DNA from: an uncultured Gammaproteobacteria bacterium
Lineage (GTDB): Bacteria; Patescibacteriota; Microgenomatia; UBA10105; UBA927
Assembly (NCBI GenBank): GCA_964629685.1
Contig: CAZVTT010000001.1
Span: 577,319-641,318, forward strand
DNA length: 64,000 nt
Reading direction: 5' to 3'
Below are positions 1-10,426 of the stretch, in pieces. Position 1 is the stretch's first letter. Every line of letters begins with the position of its first letter. A program made the position numbers and the translations under genes. The notes under the pieces were generated by a model, which did no database searches, had not been told where the DNA came from, and saw only the letters and a program-made list of their open reading frames with translations.

Positions 1-2
1 AA

Positions 3-1028
3 TCTGAAGTGGTATATAAAAGTATTAATGCACTGCTGCAAAAACAGGGAGTAATATTCCTGGATATGGATTCCGGGTTGCGTGAATACCCCGAGTTGGT
101 TAAGCAATATTTCGGCACCGTTATTCCTCCGATGGATAATAAGTTCGCGGCGCTTAATTCCGCTACCTGGTCTGGAGGTTCATTTGTCTATGTTCCGGCA
201 GGTGTGCATGTTGAACTGCCGTTGCAGGCATACTTCCGGATAAATGCAGCGAATATGGGGCAGTTTGAACGAACGCTTATTATTGCTGAAGAAGGCAGTT
301 ACGTGCACTATGTTGAGGGTTGTACTGCCCCTATCTACACTACGGATTCTCTCCATAGCGCCGTTGTGGAAATAATCGTAAAAAAAGGTGCACGCGTAAG
401 GTATACCACAATTCAGAATTGGAGCACGAATGTATACAATCTCGTTACCAAGCGAACCCGCGTAGAGGAAGAAGGCACTATGGAATGGGTAGACGGCAAT
501 TTAGGAAGTAAAGTAACCATGAAATACCCAAGTGTATACCTCATGGGAAGAAAAGCCCGTGGAGAAGTTCTCTCTATAGCCTATGCAGGATCCGGTCAGC
601 ATCAGGATGCGGGTGGTAAAGCGATTCATGCAGCACCGGAAACGACATCCCAGATTATTTCGAAATCCATTAGTAAGGGTGGGGGTAGAACATCGTATCG
701 GGGATTAGTTCAGGTTAACCCCGGAGCAACAAATGTTAAAAGTAAGGTCGTTTGTGATGCATTGCTTTTAGATGAGGCATCACGGTCTGATACTTATCCG
801 GATATGAAAATAATGGAACAACAAGTGCAAATAGAACATGAAGCAACGGTGTCGAAAATAGGAGATGAACAAATGTTCTATCTGCAAAGCCGTGGTATTC
901 CGGAGGGTCAGGCTCAGTCAATGATAGTGAACGGCTTTATTGAACCAATAGTAAAAGAATTGCCGTTGGAGTACGCCGTGGAAATGAATAGATTGATCCA
1001 ATTGCAGATGGAAGGTTCAGTCGGATAA
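3..1028 (+). CDS. sufB: Fe-S cluster assembly protein SufB (5'-truncated by window edge)
   Basis: Motifs [42 protein letters not shown]; the frame is open from position 3. Confidence 0.97.
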   Translation, partial: SEVVYKSINALLQKQGVIFLDMDSGLREYPELVKQYFGTVIPPMDNKFAALNSATWSGGSFVYVPAGVHVELPLQAYFRINAANMGQFERTLIIAEEGSYVHYVEGCTAPIYTTDSLHSAVVEIIVKKGARVRYTTIQNWSTNVYNLVTKRTRVEEEGTMEWVDGNLGSKVTMKYPSVYLMGRKARGEVLSIAYAGSGQHQDAGGKAIHAAPETTSQIISKSISKGGGRTSYRGLVQVNPGATNVKSKVVCDALLLDEASRSDTYPDMKIMEQQVQIEHEATVSKIGDEQMFYLQSRGIPEGQAQSMIVNGFIEPIVKELPLEYAVEMNRLIQLQMEGSVG

Positions 1029-1032
1029 GCGT

Positions 1033-1671
1033 ATGAAGCAATTTTTTATTGAAGAAAACACTAATCAGACAAAATTATTTGATATTTCAGGTTCAGATGC
1101 AGCAATTGAATATCTCGTGGGAAAGGATGCTCAGCTAACAGTGGTGATTACTGCCAGTAGCTCCGAAAATGCTGAAGGGAAGATAGTCGTTAAATTAGCC
1201 GATTCCGGTGCCCATGCAAATATTTACGGATTGTTGTTAAATACCGGAAGTCAGACTATTGCACTTCATACGATACAACATCATTCGGCTCCCAATACCG
1301 GAAGTAATTTGTTGGTAAGATGCGTTTTAAAAGATACAGCACAAATTACGTATGATGGAGCAATACGGGTGGATCCGATCGCACAGCGAACTGATGCGTA
1401 TCAGAGAAATGAAAATTTATTACTTTCAAATGAAACAAAAACCGTAAGCCGGCCGGCCTTGGAAATATTGGCAAACGATGTACGGTGTACCCATGGTGCA
1501 ACTATTGGCACACTCGATCCGGACCAACTGTTTTATCTTGCGAGTAGAGGTGTTGGTGAGCAAATGGCAAAACAATTAATTATCGATGGTTTTTTTGAAT
1601 CGGTTTTGCAAAAAATACCGGACACCCAAATTGCCGAAGTGGTGCGAAAACGTATATGGCAGAATATGTAG
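1033..1671 (+). CDS. sufD: SufD-family Fe-S assembly protein (short form)
   Basis: TDAYQRNENLLLS, PALEILANDVRCTHGAT, QLFYLASRG; follows sufB. Confidence 0.9.
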   Translation: MKQFFIEENTNQTKLFDISGSDAAIEYLVGKDAQLTVVITASSSENAEGKIVVKLADSGAHANIYGLLLNTGSQTIALHTIQHHSAPNTGSNLLVRCVLKDTAQITYDGAIRVDPIAQRTDAYQRNENLLLSNETKTVSRPALEILANDVRCTHGATIGTLDPDQLFYLASRGVGEQMAKQLIIDGFFESVLQKIPDTQIAEVVRKRIWQNM

Positions 1672-1967
1672 CAGCATTATTACTACGTGAATTAGAAGAC
1701 GGAGCCATGAAGACCGTGACGATCTCCGGTAACGCTATAGCTATTGCCCGGGTGGGGAATGAGTTTTTTGCCGTAGCTGATAGATGTTCCCATGATAATT
1801 GTTCCTTAGGATCGGAAGGTTTTCTTGACGGTGCGACAATCATTTGTGGTTGTCACGGCGCCCAGTTTGACGCTACAAACGGACACGTCCTTTCCCTTCC
1901 GGCAACTCAAAATGTCACCTCGTATGAAGTTAAAGTCGAAGGCGATACACTTATGGTACGGATATAG
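1656..1967 (+). CDS. Rieske-type [2Fe-2S] ferredoxin
   Basis: CSH...CGCHGAQFD Rieske ligands; lies within the suf operon. Confidence 0.9.
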   Translation: MAEYVAALLLRELEDGAMKTVTISGNAIAIARVGNEFFAVADRCSHDNCSLGSEGFLDGATIICGCHGAQFDATNGHVLSLPATQNVTSYEVKVEGDTLMVRI

Positions 1968-1982
1968 TACTATAAGTACCGT

Positions 1983-3221
1983 ATGAAAAAATCCTTTGAC
2001 GCAGTCAAAATAAAACCTCAGTTTCCCGTATTGTCACGCAAAATTCACGATAAGCCGGTTGTATATCTTGATTCGACAGCTACCTCATTAAAACCATTAT
2101 CTGTCGTAGAAGCCGAAAGAGCCTACTATACTGATTTCACAGCAAATATATTCAGGGGAATATACACCTTATCGGAAGAAGCCACTGCCGCATATGAGCA
2201 GGCAAGGGATCTGGTGGGAGAGTTTATCGCTGCTCCCAGTAGCCAGGAGATTGTATTTACCAGGAACACAACAGAATCCATAAATTTGGTGCTCTACAGT
2301 TGGGCCAGAGCGAATGTAAAACCAGGAGATTCGATAGTAACTACAATTCTGGAGCATCATTCTAACTTTGTACCCTGGCAACAATGGGCAAGTGTGAACG
2401 GTGTCAAATTCGGTATTTGGGATGCTGCTATGGACGGTGAACTCTCGTTAACGGAGTTACCACGGCTAGTAACTTCAAAAACCCGATTAGTTGCACTTAC
2501 CGCGGTGTCAAATGTATTAGGAGTGATCACTCCGGTGAAACAGATTGTACAGGCGGTGAAATCAATAAATCCGAATTGTTTAGTATTAGTGGATGCGGCT
2601 CAGGCAGTACCGCATATGCCTGTAGATGTTCACGATTGGGGTGCTGATTTTGTGGCGTTTTCTAGTCATAAAATGTTAGGACCTACCGGTGTCGGAGTAC
2701 TTTGGGCGAAAATGTCACTCCTCGAAGCAATGGAGCCATTTATGTTTGGGGGTGAAATGATCCGGGAGGTATTGCGGGACAAGACGTATTTTAAAGAAGT
2801 GCCACATAAATTTGAGGCAGGAACTCCCCATATAGCTGGTGTCATCGGACTGGGTGCTGCGGTAGAGTATTTATCTGCTCTTGGTATGAACGCTGTGCGT
2901 GAGCATGAAAAAGAAATTACTTCATATGCCTTAGCACAACTGCAGCGTATATCAGGGCTATGGGTATATGGTCCTACGGATATGGAAAAGAAAGGCGGAG
3001 TATTGGCGTTTACCCTGCAAGGGTGTCACCCTCATGATATTGCCCAAATATTGGATGAAGACAATATCTGTATTCGTTCTGGTAATCATTGTGCTATGCC
3101 ACTGCATCAATTTCTGGGAGTACCCGCGACCGCCAGAGCATCTGTTTACGTATATACAACGCATTCGGATATAGATGCCTTAGTAGCCGGACTTGAGAAC
3201 GTAAAACACGTTTTTAGCTAG
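1983..3221 (+). CDS. sufS: Cysteine desulfurase SufS
   Basis: YLDSTAT, DAAQ, SSHKMLGPTG (PLP lysine), RSGNHCA. Confidence 0.96.
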   Translation: MKKSFDAVKIKPQFPVLSRKIHDKPVVYLDSTATSLKPLSVVEAERAYYTDFTANIFRGIYTLSEEATAAYEQARDLVGEFIAAPSSQEIVFTRNTTESINLVLYSWARANVKPGDSIVTTILEHHSNFVPWQQWASVNGVKFGIWDAAMDGELSLTELPRLVTSKTRLVALTAVSNVLGVITPVKQIVQAVKSINPNCLVLVDAAQAVPHMPVDVHDWGADFVAFSSHKMLGPTGVGVLWAKMSLLEAMEPFMFGGEMIREVLRDKTYFKEVPHKFEAGTPHIAGVIGLGAAVEYLSALGMNAVREHEKEITSYALAQLQRISGLWVYGPTDMEKKGGVLAFTLQGCHPHDIAQILDEDNICIRSGNHCAMPLHQFLGVPATARASVYVYTTHSDIDALVAGLENVKHVFS

Positions 3222-3222
3222 T

Positions 3223-3651
3223 ATGGATATTTACCGTGAACTTATCCTGGATCATTATAAAAATCCCCATAATTTTGGAGAGCTAGAGCATCCTGATGCG
3301 AAAGTATCGGAAGATAATGTTAGTTGCGGCGATAAAATAACCATGGATATTACGGTGAAACATCACGGTCAGGGACTGTCGCTGAGTGCGTATAGTATTG
3401 ATCAAGTTAAATTTTCCGGTGTTGGGTGTGCCATTAGTCAGGCTAGTGCTTCGTTATTAACAGACTATGTTACCGGGATGAGTCTGGAAAGTGTTATGGC
3501 ACTTACGACTGAAGACATATATTCACTGCTCGGAACACCCCTCACACCAGCGCGGACGAAATGCGGAACTTTGGCATTGGAGGTACTTCACAAGGCGGTG
3601 CTTTTATATATTCATACGGCGCTTGCAGGAAAAAAGCCGGATAGTGTATAA
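3223..3651 (+). CDS. sufU: SufU/IscU-type scaffold or sulfur-transfer protein
   Basis: YRELILDHYKNPHN, SCGD, GCAISQAS, RTKC. Confidence 0.92.
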   Translation: MDIYRELILDHYKNPHNFGELEHPDAKVSEDNVSCGDKITMDITVKHHGQGLSLSAYSIDQVKFSGVGCAISQASASLLTDYVTGMSLESVMALTTEDIYSLLGTPLTPARTKCGTLALEVLHKAVLLYIHTALAGKKPDSV

Positions 3652-3654
3652 CAA

Positions 3655-3915
3655 ATGGATATGGATCAGTCAGACCCCCGTATGCTCCGGAAGATAAGAA
3701 AATTCACTATGCGAATAGACCGTGACCTGTGCATTGGGGCAGCCACGTGTATTGCTATCGCTCCCAAAGCCTGGGCACTAGACGATGAAGCAAAAGCGAT
3801 TATTTTAGATTCCGCAGAGGAGGAATCGGACGAAACATTATTGGAAGCAGCCAAAGCCTGTCCGGTTATGGCAATTTATATAACTGATGAGAATGGGAAA
3901 CAGGTTTTCCCATAA
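3655..3915 (+). CDS. Monocluster ferredoxin, probably [3Fe-4S]
   Basis: CIGAATC...ACP; the second Cys of CxxCxxC is replaced by Ala. Confidence 0.88.
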   Translation: MDMDQSDPRMLRKIRKFTMRIDRDLCIGAATCIAIAPKAWALDDEAKAIILDSAEEESDETLLEAAKACPVMAIYITDENGKQVFP

Positions 3916-4087
3916 AAATTTGTCTGACCGGAATACCGAATTGCCTGGGAGTACTCCCGCTGTAGGTACCAGGATATATGCCTTAAGACCGTGTCCGCAA
4001 TGCGGTCATAATCTCTTCGGTATGCCGGGTGGTCGGGATGCTCACTGTTCAGAATGCGGATATAAAGATCCTTGTTGTAGTGACTAG
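3887..4087 (+). CDS. Small Zn-ribbon protein (start uncertain)
   Basis: CPQC-x14-CSEC plus terminal PCC; fills the gap between the ferredoxin and korA. Confidence 0.55.
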   Translation: MRMGNRFSHKNLSDRNTELPGSTPAVGTRIYALRPCPQCGHNLFGMPGGRDAHCSECGYKDPCCSD

Positions 4088-4187
4088 TAGCTGCATGAGC
4101 ATGATTGCGGAAGGATTTTCGACTTAAACAATATATCAGGTAGTGTAGTATACAGATTTATGGTTCAGGTGTGATACGATATTTCTT

Positions 4188-5927
4188 ATGAAAGATAGTG
4201 TTACATGGAAAATAGGTGGTGAAGCGGGTTTCGGAATTATGTCATCCGGGTTGATGCTGGCACGGATTTTTTCCCGGAAGGGCTACCATGTTTTTTCTAC
4301 AAATGAGTATCCCTCCCTTATCCGAGGAGGTCATAATCTCGTTACCGTCCGTATTGCAACAAATAAGTTTGAGGCCATGAATAAAGACGTACATATTCTG
4401 GTGGCACTCAATAAAGAAACAGTAGATCTCCATAAAGAAGAATTGTCGGATAGTGCTTTAGTCGTATTTGATCCACAGGACCATGTTTGGAATACCGGGG
4501 ATTTTCGTAAACCGATTACGCTTCTTTCTATACCTCTTGCTCAAATCGTTAAAGAACGGGCTGGTGATCCTGTTATGCGGAACACCGTATCGCTCGGCGT
4601 TACAGTGGCCCTGTTGGGAATTGATTTTAGTGTACTCGAACAAATAATTCATGATCAGTTCAAAAAGAAGAAACAGGAAATCATCGACTCAAATGTGGGT
4701 ATGGCTAAGGCAGGGTATGATTATGTCAAAGAGCATTTCAGTACGGAAACATCAATGCATATCGGGCATGTTGAGCCTAAGGAAAAACAGCTAATACTAA
4801 ACGCAAGCGAGGCGTTAGGAGTAGGGGCTGCAAGGGCAGGACTTAAGTTTGCTGCAATTTACCCAATGACACCAATTAACTCGCTTATTACCTATTTGGC
4901 CGATCATGCGAAACAATTTGGTATTGTATATAAGCAACCTGAAGATGAAATAGCGGGAATAAATATGGCTATCGGTGCGTCTGCTGCGGGTGTAAGGAGT
5001 ATGGTAGCAACGTCTGGCGGTGGTTTTGCACTAATGGTGGAAGGTATTGCCTTGGCAGGTATTACTGAACTTCCATTAGTAATTGACCTGGGTATGCGGG
5101 TTGGACCAGCTACCGGTATGCCGACATGGACAGAGCAGGGAGAGTTACAGTTTGCCATTCATGCTGGTCATGGTGAATTTCCTAAAATAGTATTGGCTCC
5201 GGGTGACATTACCGAAACGTATGAACTAACGGTACAAGCCTTTAATCTGGCTGATAGGTACCAAATTCCGGTTATTATTCTTACGGATAAATATCTGAAT
5301 GAGAGCCATTGGTGTATTCCTGAAGCAGTATTTAAGAAAGATGTAACTATAGACCGTGGTAAATTATTGCGTGAGGAGGATTTACCCACAGACGGATCCT
5401 ATAAACGGTATGATCTTTCGGCAGCGGACGGTATCTCTCCCCGGGCAGCGATCGGAATGAAAAACGGATTCTTTTACGCGAATTCATACGAACATGATGA
5501 AGTGGGTCATTCCACGGAAAAAGCTGAAGTCAGAAAAGCTATGGCGGAAAAGAGACTTAAAAAATTTGATGCAATTAAGCGGGATATAAAACCACCGACC
5601 GTCTGGGCAGATGACGGGGCAGAACTTACATTTGTGTGTTGGGGATCAACCAAAGGTCCGGTTCAGGAAGCAGCGAAATTATTACGGTCAGCAGGTAAAA
5701 AAGTAAAAGTAGTACATTATTCATGGCTTTACCCATTTCCGTCGGAACAGACAATGGCTGCTCTCAGTTCTGGAGGGAGAATTATAGCCGTCGAGAATAA
5801 TGCTACCGCTCAGCTAGTGTCTCTGATTCGGGAACATACCGGAATCGTAATAGGCGAAAAACTATTAAAGTTCGATGGAAGACCTTTTTACCCTGAAGAT
5901 ATTGTTGCTCATGTTTTGGCAGTATAG
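4188..5927 (+). CDS. korA: 2-oxoacid:ferredoxin oxidoreductase alpha subunit (gamma-alpha fusion)
   Basis: IGGEAGFG, IRGGHN, YPMTP, EDEIA, ATSGGGF, GPATGMPT. Confidence 0.93.
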   Translation: MKDSVTWKIGGEAGFGIMSSGLMLARIFSRKGYHVFSTNEYPSLIRGGHNLVTVRIATNKFEAMNKDVHILVALNKETVDLHKEELSDSALVVFDPQDHVWNTGDFRKPITLLSIPLAQIVKERAGDPVMRNTVSLGVTVALLGIDFSVLEQIIHDQFKKKKQEIIDSNVGMAKAGYDYVKEHFSTETSMHIGHVEPKEKQLILNASEALGVGAARAGLKFAAIYPMTPINSLITYLADHAKQFGIVYKQPEDEIAGINMAIGASAAGVRSMVATSGGGFALMVEGIALAGITELPLVIDLGMRVGPATGMPTWTEQGELQFAIHAGHGEFPKIVLAPGDITETYELTVQAFNLADRYQIPVIILTDKYLNESHWCIPEAVFKKDVTIDRGKLLREEDLPTDGSYKRYDLSAADGISPRAAIGMKNGFFYANSYEHDEVGHSTEKAEVRKAMAEKRLKKFDAIKRDIKPPTVWADDGAELTFVCWGSTKGPVQEAAKLLRSAGKKVKVVHYSWLYPFPSEQTMAALSSGGRIIAVENNATAQLVSLIREHTGIVIGEKLLKFDGRPFYPEDIVAHVLAV

Positions 5928-5942
5928 GAAAGGGAAATTTAT

Positions 5943-6815
5943 ATGGTAGATACACCACCACTAACGATGGCATCATTTCAAACCGGTCGCTTACCGACAT
6001 GGTGTCCCGGATGTGGTGATTTTGGTATATGGACTTCCTTACAGCAAGCTCTTGTCGGATTAGGTGTCGGTCCGGATCGTGCGGCTATCTGTTATGGTAT
6101 TGGTTGTCATGGGAATATGTATGACTGGATGAATGCATACGGATTTCCCGGTCTGCACGGTCGATCCATTCCGGTGGCGCAGGGAATAAAATTAGCAAAT
6201 CATAAACTGCCTGTAATAAATGTATGTGGAGACGGCGATTGCCTGGGGGAAGGCGGTAATCATTTTATCCATGCCGCAAAAAGAAATCCTGATATCACGG
6301 TTATTATTCATGATAATCAAGTCTACGGATTGACTACCGGGCAGGCCGCACCAACGGCTAAACAAGGATTTAAAACAAAATCGACACCGGAAGGGGTTGT
6401 CGATGAGCCAATGAGTCCCATGGCTTTGGCGTTAACCGCCGGCGCTACGTTTATCGCACGTGGTTTTGCCGGAGACGCAGTAGGACTGAAAGAGTTGATG
6501 ATGAAAGCTATTCAGCACAAAGGTTTTTCGGTTTTAGATGTATTGCAACCTTGCGTAACGTTTGATAAAGTACATACCTACGGGTGGTATAGGCAGCGGT
6601 TGTATCGGTTATCCGACTCAGAGTACAAACCCGATAATAAATTTGCGGCATTTGAAAAAATGCACGAATGGGGTGATAAAATTCCGATGGGGATTTTTTA
6701 TCAGGAAGACCGTCCCACCAGTGAAGATGGTGAACCGGCGTTGCAGGATAAAATTTTAAGGGAATTACCATTGGAAATTTCCGATTGGGATGCCGCATTA
6801 AGTGAATTTTATTAA
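5943..6815 (+). CDS. korB: 2-oxoacid:ferredoxin oxidoreductase beta subunit
   Basis: WCPGCGDF, GIGC, LHGR, GDGD TPP motif, YGLTTGQ, QPCVTF. Confidence 0.94.
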   Translation: MVDTPPLTMASFQTGRLPTWCPGCGDFGIWTSLQQALVGLGVGPDRAAICYGIGCHGNMYDWMNAYGFPGLHGRSIPVAQGIKLANHKLPVINVCGDGDCLGEGGNHFIHAAKRNPDITVIIHDNQVYGLTTGQAAPTAKQGFKTKSTPEGVVDEPMSPMALALTAGATFIARGFAGDAVGLKELMMKAIQHKGFSVLDVLQPCVTFDKVHTYGWYRQRLYRLSDSEYKPDNKFAAFEKMHEWGDKIPMGIFYQEDRPTSEDGEPALQDKILRELPLEISDWDAALSEFY

Positions 6816-6892
6816 TTTTTTTGTTATATTTAACCTCCCGAATTTATTACCTCTTGACGGTGTCTTTAGCAGTTTGTATACTTGAGTGCTAA

Positions 6893-9374
6893 TATGACTG
6901 AACAAGAATTTTCACAACCAACAGAACAAACCTTACCGGTTGTACCTATCCGGGACGGTATCGTTTTCCCTGGCGCAGAGATGATTCTCACCTTTGGGAG
7001 GCAACGGTCTGTCCTTGCTATTGAAGCTGCGCAAAAATCCAGCAAAAAAGTAATTCTTGTTATGCAACGGAATCCTAATGTAAATGATCCGTCTCCTTCT
7101 GACTTGCATTCAACCGGTTCTATTGCAGAAATCGTACAAATGATGAAAAACGAAGGTGAGATAAACGCATTGGTACGGGGTGTTTCCAAAGTGGAAGTAA
7201 CCTCCTATGAGGTTTCGGATCCGTTTTATATCGCTCGTGCTGTACAGCTTACGGAAGAATTAGAAGACTCGGATGAAATAAAGGCATTAGTAAATCACTT
7301 AGTTAGTGATCTGCGTCGTGCAGTAAATTTGGGTAAATCGATGGATTTTCTGACATTCATGAATATTATGTCAGGTTTAGGCTCACTTGAGCTTTCGTAC
7401 CAGGTCGCAGGAATTTTAGACCTAAAACCGGCTGAGCGGCAGGAACTGCTGGAGTTAAAAAATGTGCGGAAACGGCTAGAGCGTGAAGTAGCTCATTTGG
7501 CTCGGGAAGTAAAAATATTAGAGTTGGAGAAAAAAATTGCGAATAAAACACAGGAAAAATTTGATAAATCCATGCGGGATCAAGTGTTACGGGAACGCAT
7601 GAAAACAATTGAAAAAGAGCTGGGTGAAGAAGGCGACAACAAGGAGTTTAAGGAACTGGCAGATAAAATCAAAAAAGCCGGCATGCCACCGGAAGTCCGG
7701 ATTAAAGCGGATAAAGAATTAGCCAGATTAGTTCAAATGTCTCAATATAATCCTGAAGCTTCATATGTCCGAACTTACCTTGATTGGCTTATTGAATTAC
7801 CCTGGTCTGAATCAAGTCCGAATTCCGTAGATATTCAGAAAGCTGAAGATGTGTTAAATCAGGATCATTACGGTTTAGCCAAAATGAAAGAACGGATTCT
7901 TGAATATCTTGCAGTTATGAAGCTACGGCGTAATCAGGAAGCCCGGGAAAGCAAAGAGGAAAATGCAAAGCGTAACAAAGATGAGAAAGGTAAAGATAAC
8001 GCGGAAAGTATAAAGGAAAAACACCGTGGCAAAGCTTCCCCAACTATTTTGTGCTTTGTTGGACCTCCCGGTGTCGGAAAAACATCTATTGGAAAATCCA
8101 TTGCCAGAGCATTAGGCAGAAAATTCGTCAAAATGTCCCTGGGTGGCATTCGTGATGAAGCTGAAATTCGTGGTCACCGTCGGACATATGTCGGCGCCCT
8201 ACCGGGAAGGATTATCCAGGGAATGAAACAAGGGGGTACCAATAACCCGGTATTTATGCTGGACGAAATAGACAAAGTCGGAGCAGATTTCCGGGGTGAT
8301 CCTTCTGCAGCGTTACTCGAAGCATTAGATCCTGAACAAAATTATGCGTTCTCAGATCATTATCTTGATGTTCCGTTTGATTTGTCTGATGTATTCTTTA
8401 TAACCACATGTAACCTGTTGGACACTATACCACCAGCCCTGCGTGATCGGCTGGAAGTTATCAGGTTCCCTGGCTATACCGAGGAAGAAAAATTTCATAT
8501 TGCCAAAGATTTCCTAATGGAAAAACAGCGGGAGATTCATGGTGTCCCGGTTAAAACGGTTAGTTTAACTGATGAATCACTTCATGAAGTGATTCGGAGA
8601 TACACCAGGGAAGCTGGTGTCCGGAATTTGGAACGACAAGTTGCAACTCTTTACCGCAAAGTGGCACGAAAAATTGCGGACTTACCGGAAACGGAAGCAA
8701 GGACGTTTACCATTAAACCGGATGACCTTCATGAATATTTAGGACCTTACAAATACGTTTCCTATTTGGCGGAGAAAAAAGACGAGGTCGGTATGTCTAC
8801 CGGAATGGCTTGGACTGAAGCCGGTGGAGATATTCTGTTTATAGAAGTTGCACTTATGCCGGGAAAAGGAAGCTTAATATTAACCGGTCAGCTGGGGGAT
8901 GTTATGAAAGAATCCGGACAGGCAGCATTGTCATATGTCCGCAGCCGCTGGAAAATGCTTGGTTTGTCAGAAAAGTTCTTTCAGAAAATAGATATTCATG
9001 TTCATGTTCCTGAAGGTGCTGTACCCAAAGACGGTCCATCTGCAGGTGCGGCTATTACTACAGCTCTGGTGTCTGCACTTACCAGAATTCCTGTCCGCCG
9101 GACTGTTGCCATGACTGGCGAAATTACATTACGGGGAAGAATTATGGAAATCGGTGGAGTAAAGGAAAAAGTTATTGCAGCACACCGTGCAGGAATAAAA
9201 TCGGTTATTTTACCTAAAAATAATAAAAAAGATCTGGAAGATATTCCTAAAAGTGTACTAGATGAACTGGATTTCCATTTTGTGGAACATATGGATGAGG
9301 TGTTAAAGATTGCATTAAAACGTCAGATTCTTGTGTCATCGGATAAAGCTGACTCTCAGTTCATGAAATCGTAA
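6893..9374 (+). CDS. lon: ATP-dependent protease Lon
   Basis: [31 protein letters not shown], catalytic Lys in GGVKEK; ATG at 6893 preferred. Confidence 0.97.
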
Positions 9375-10297
9375 ACAAGTTTGGAAATTTCTGATATCTT
9401 TTTTATCGTAGCGGGTTCATCTTTGATATCTGCAGTAAATATTCCGATATAATAGGCGTGCTGAGGTGTAACGACAATCCCAACGTCGTGAATTCCGCCG
9501 ATCGTTGATCCTATTTTATGATAGACAACCGTTCCAGGTGGGAGTAATGCAGGAAGTCTGTCTTCGAAATCGGTTTCTTTCATAAACGAGAGCATCTCCT
9601 GCGTAAATGCTGCATTAGCTACTTTCCCGCCATAAATTTTTCGCAGTAATATTTCCATATCCTGGTTTGAGGTGGTATTCTTTTGAATGTCCGTTTGTGT
9701 TAATCCCCAGGCATCGACTTGTACTTGGAGTTTATCAAGCCCGACAATATAGTTGCCGAGAACGAATGCAGCGGTGTTATCGCTTTGTTTCATCATCAGT
9801 TGTGCAAGTGTTTTTACGGAGTACGTGCTACCTGGTTCGCTATATCGTAAAGATCCCGTACCGTAGTCCTGTATATCTTTTTTTTGTAAAGTAATAATCC
9901 GCTTCAGAATTGAATCGTCTTGTTGAGCTGTTACATACAAACCGGCTAGGATAGGAATTTTATTTACGGAAGCAGCCTCATAAATGACCGAATCATTTAT
10001 CGCCATTCTAAAATCCGAGTGTAAGTCTGCTACCAGTACCGAATAGTTTAGCCAATCGTTTCCCACTGCGGCGGTAACTAATTCTTTTAATTGTTCTGGG
10101 TTTTCTTTATTAGCCAGTAATTCTGCCTTTCTGCCATCCGGAGAATAATCTTCCGGTAGTGGAGATATAATCTTGGGTTTTGATGATACCGTGAGGAATC
10201 CAGCCAAGGCAATAATCATCACAAAAATTCCGATTACCGCGAAAAAAAGATACTGTGATTTAGAATTTCCGGAACGTCGTTCTAGTCGTGAGATCAT
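9356..10297 (-). CDS. Class A beta-lactamase-like serine hydrolase with N-terminal TM anchor
   Basis: SVNK (SxxK), SDN, HKIG; start MISR at 10297 preferred. Confidence 0.88.
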   Translation of the reverse strand: MISRLERRSGNSKSQYLFFAVIGIFVMIIALAGFLTVSSKPKIISPLPEDYSPDGRKAELLANKENPEQLKELVTAAVGNDWLNYSVLVADLHSDFRMAINDSVIYEAASVNKIPILAGLYVTAQQDDSILKRIITLQKKDIQDYGTGSLRYSEPGSTYSVKTLAQLMMKQSDNTAAFVLGNYIVGLDKLQVQVDAWGLTQTDIQKNTTSNQDMEILLRKIYGGKVANAAFTQEMLSFMKETDFEDRLPALLPPGTVVYHKIGSTIGGIHDVGIVVTPQHAYYIGIFTADIKDEPATIKKISEISKLVYDFMN

Positions 10298-10426
10298 GGT
10301 TTGACTGCAAAAAATGAGCGTACACAAATACTTCACTACTATACGGAAGCAGGGTATTTTCGTCAAATAACTAACAGGAGTATACTACTCGTGTTACAGG
10401 CGAAATTTATTGTACTATTAGATGTT

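Noticed and set aside
7920-8040. Insertion in Lon as an intein
   Set aside because: It is a ~35-aa charged linker without intein terminal motifs; variable inserts occur at this site.
9356-10297. Bona fide beta-lactam resistance gene
   Set aside because: It is a membrane-anchored class A-like serine hydrolase with no evident omega-loop ExxLN motif, so its function cannot be assigned.
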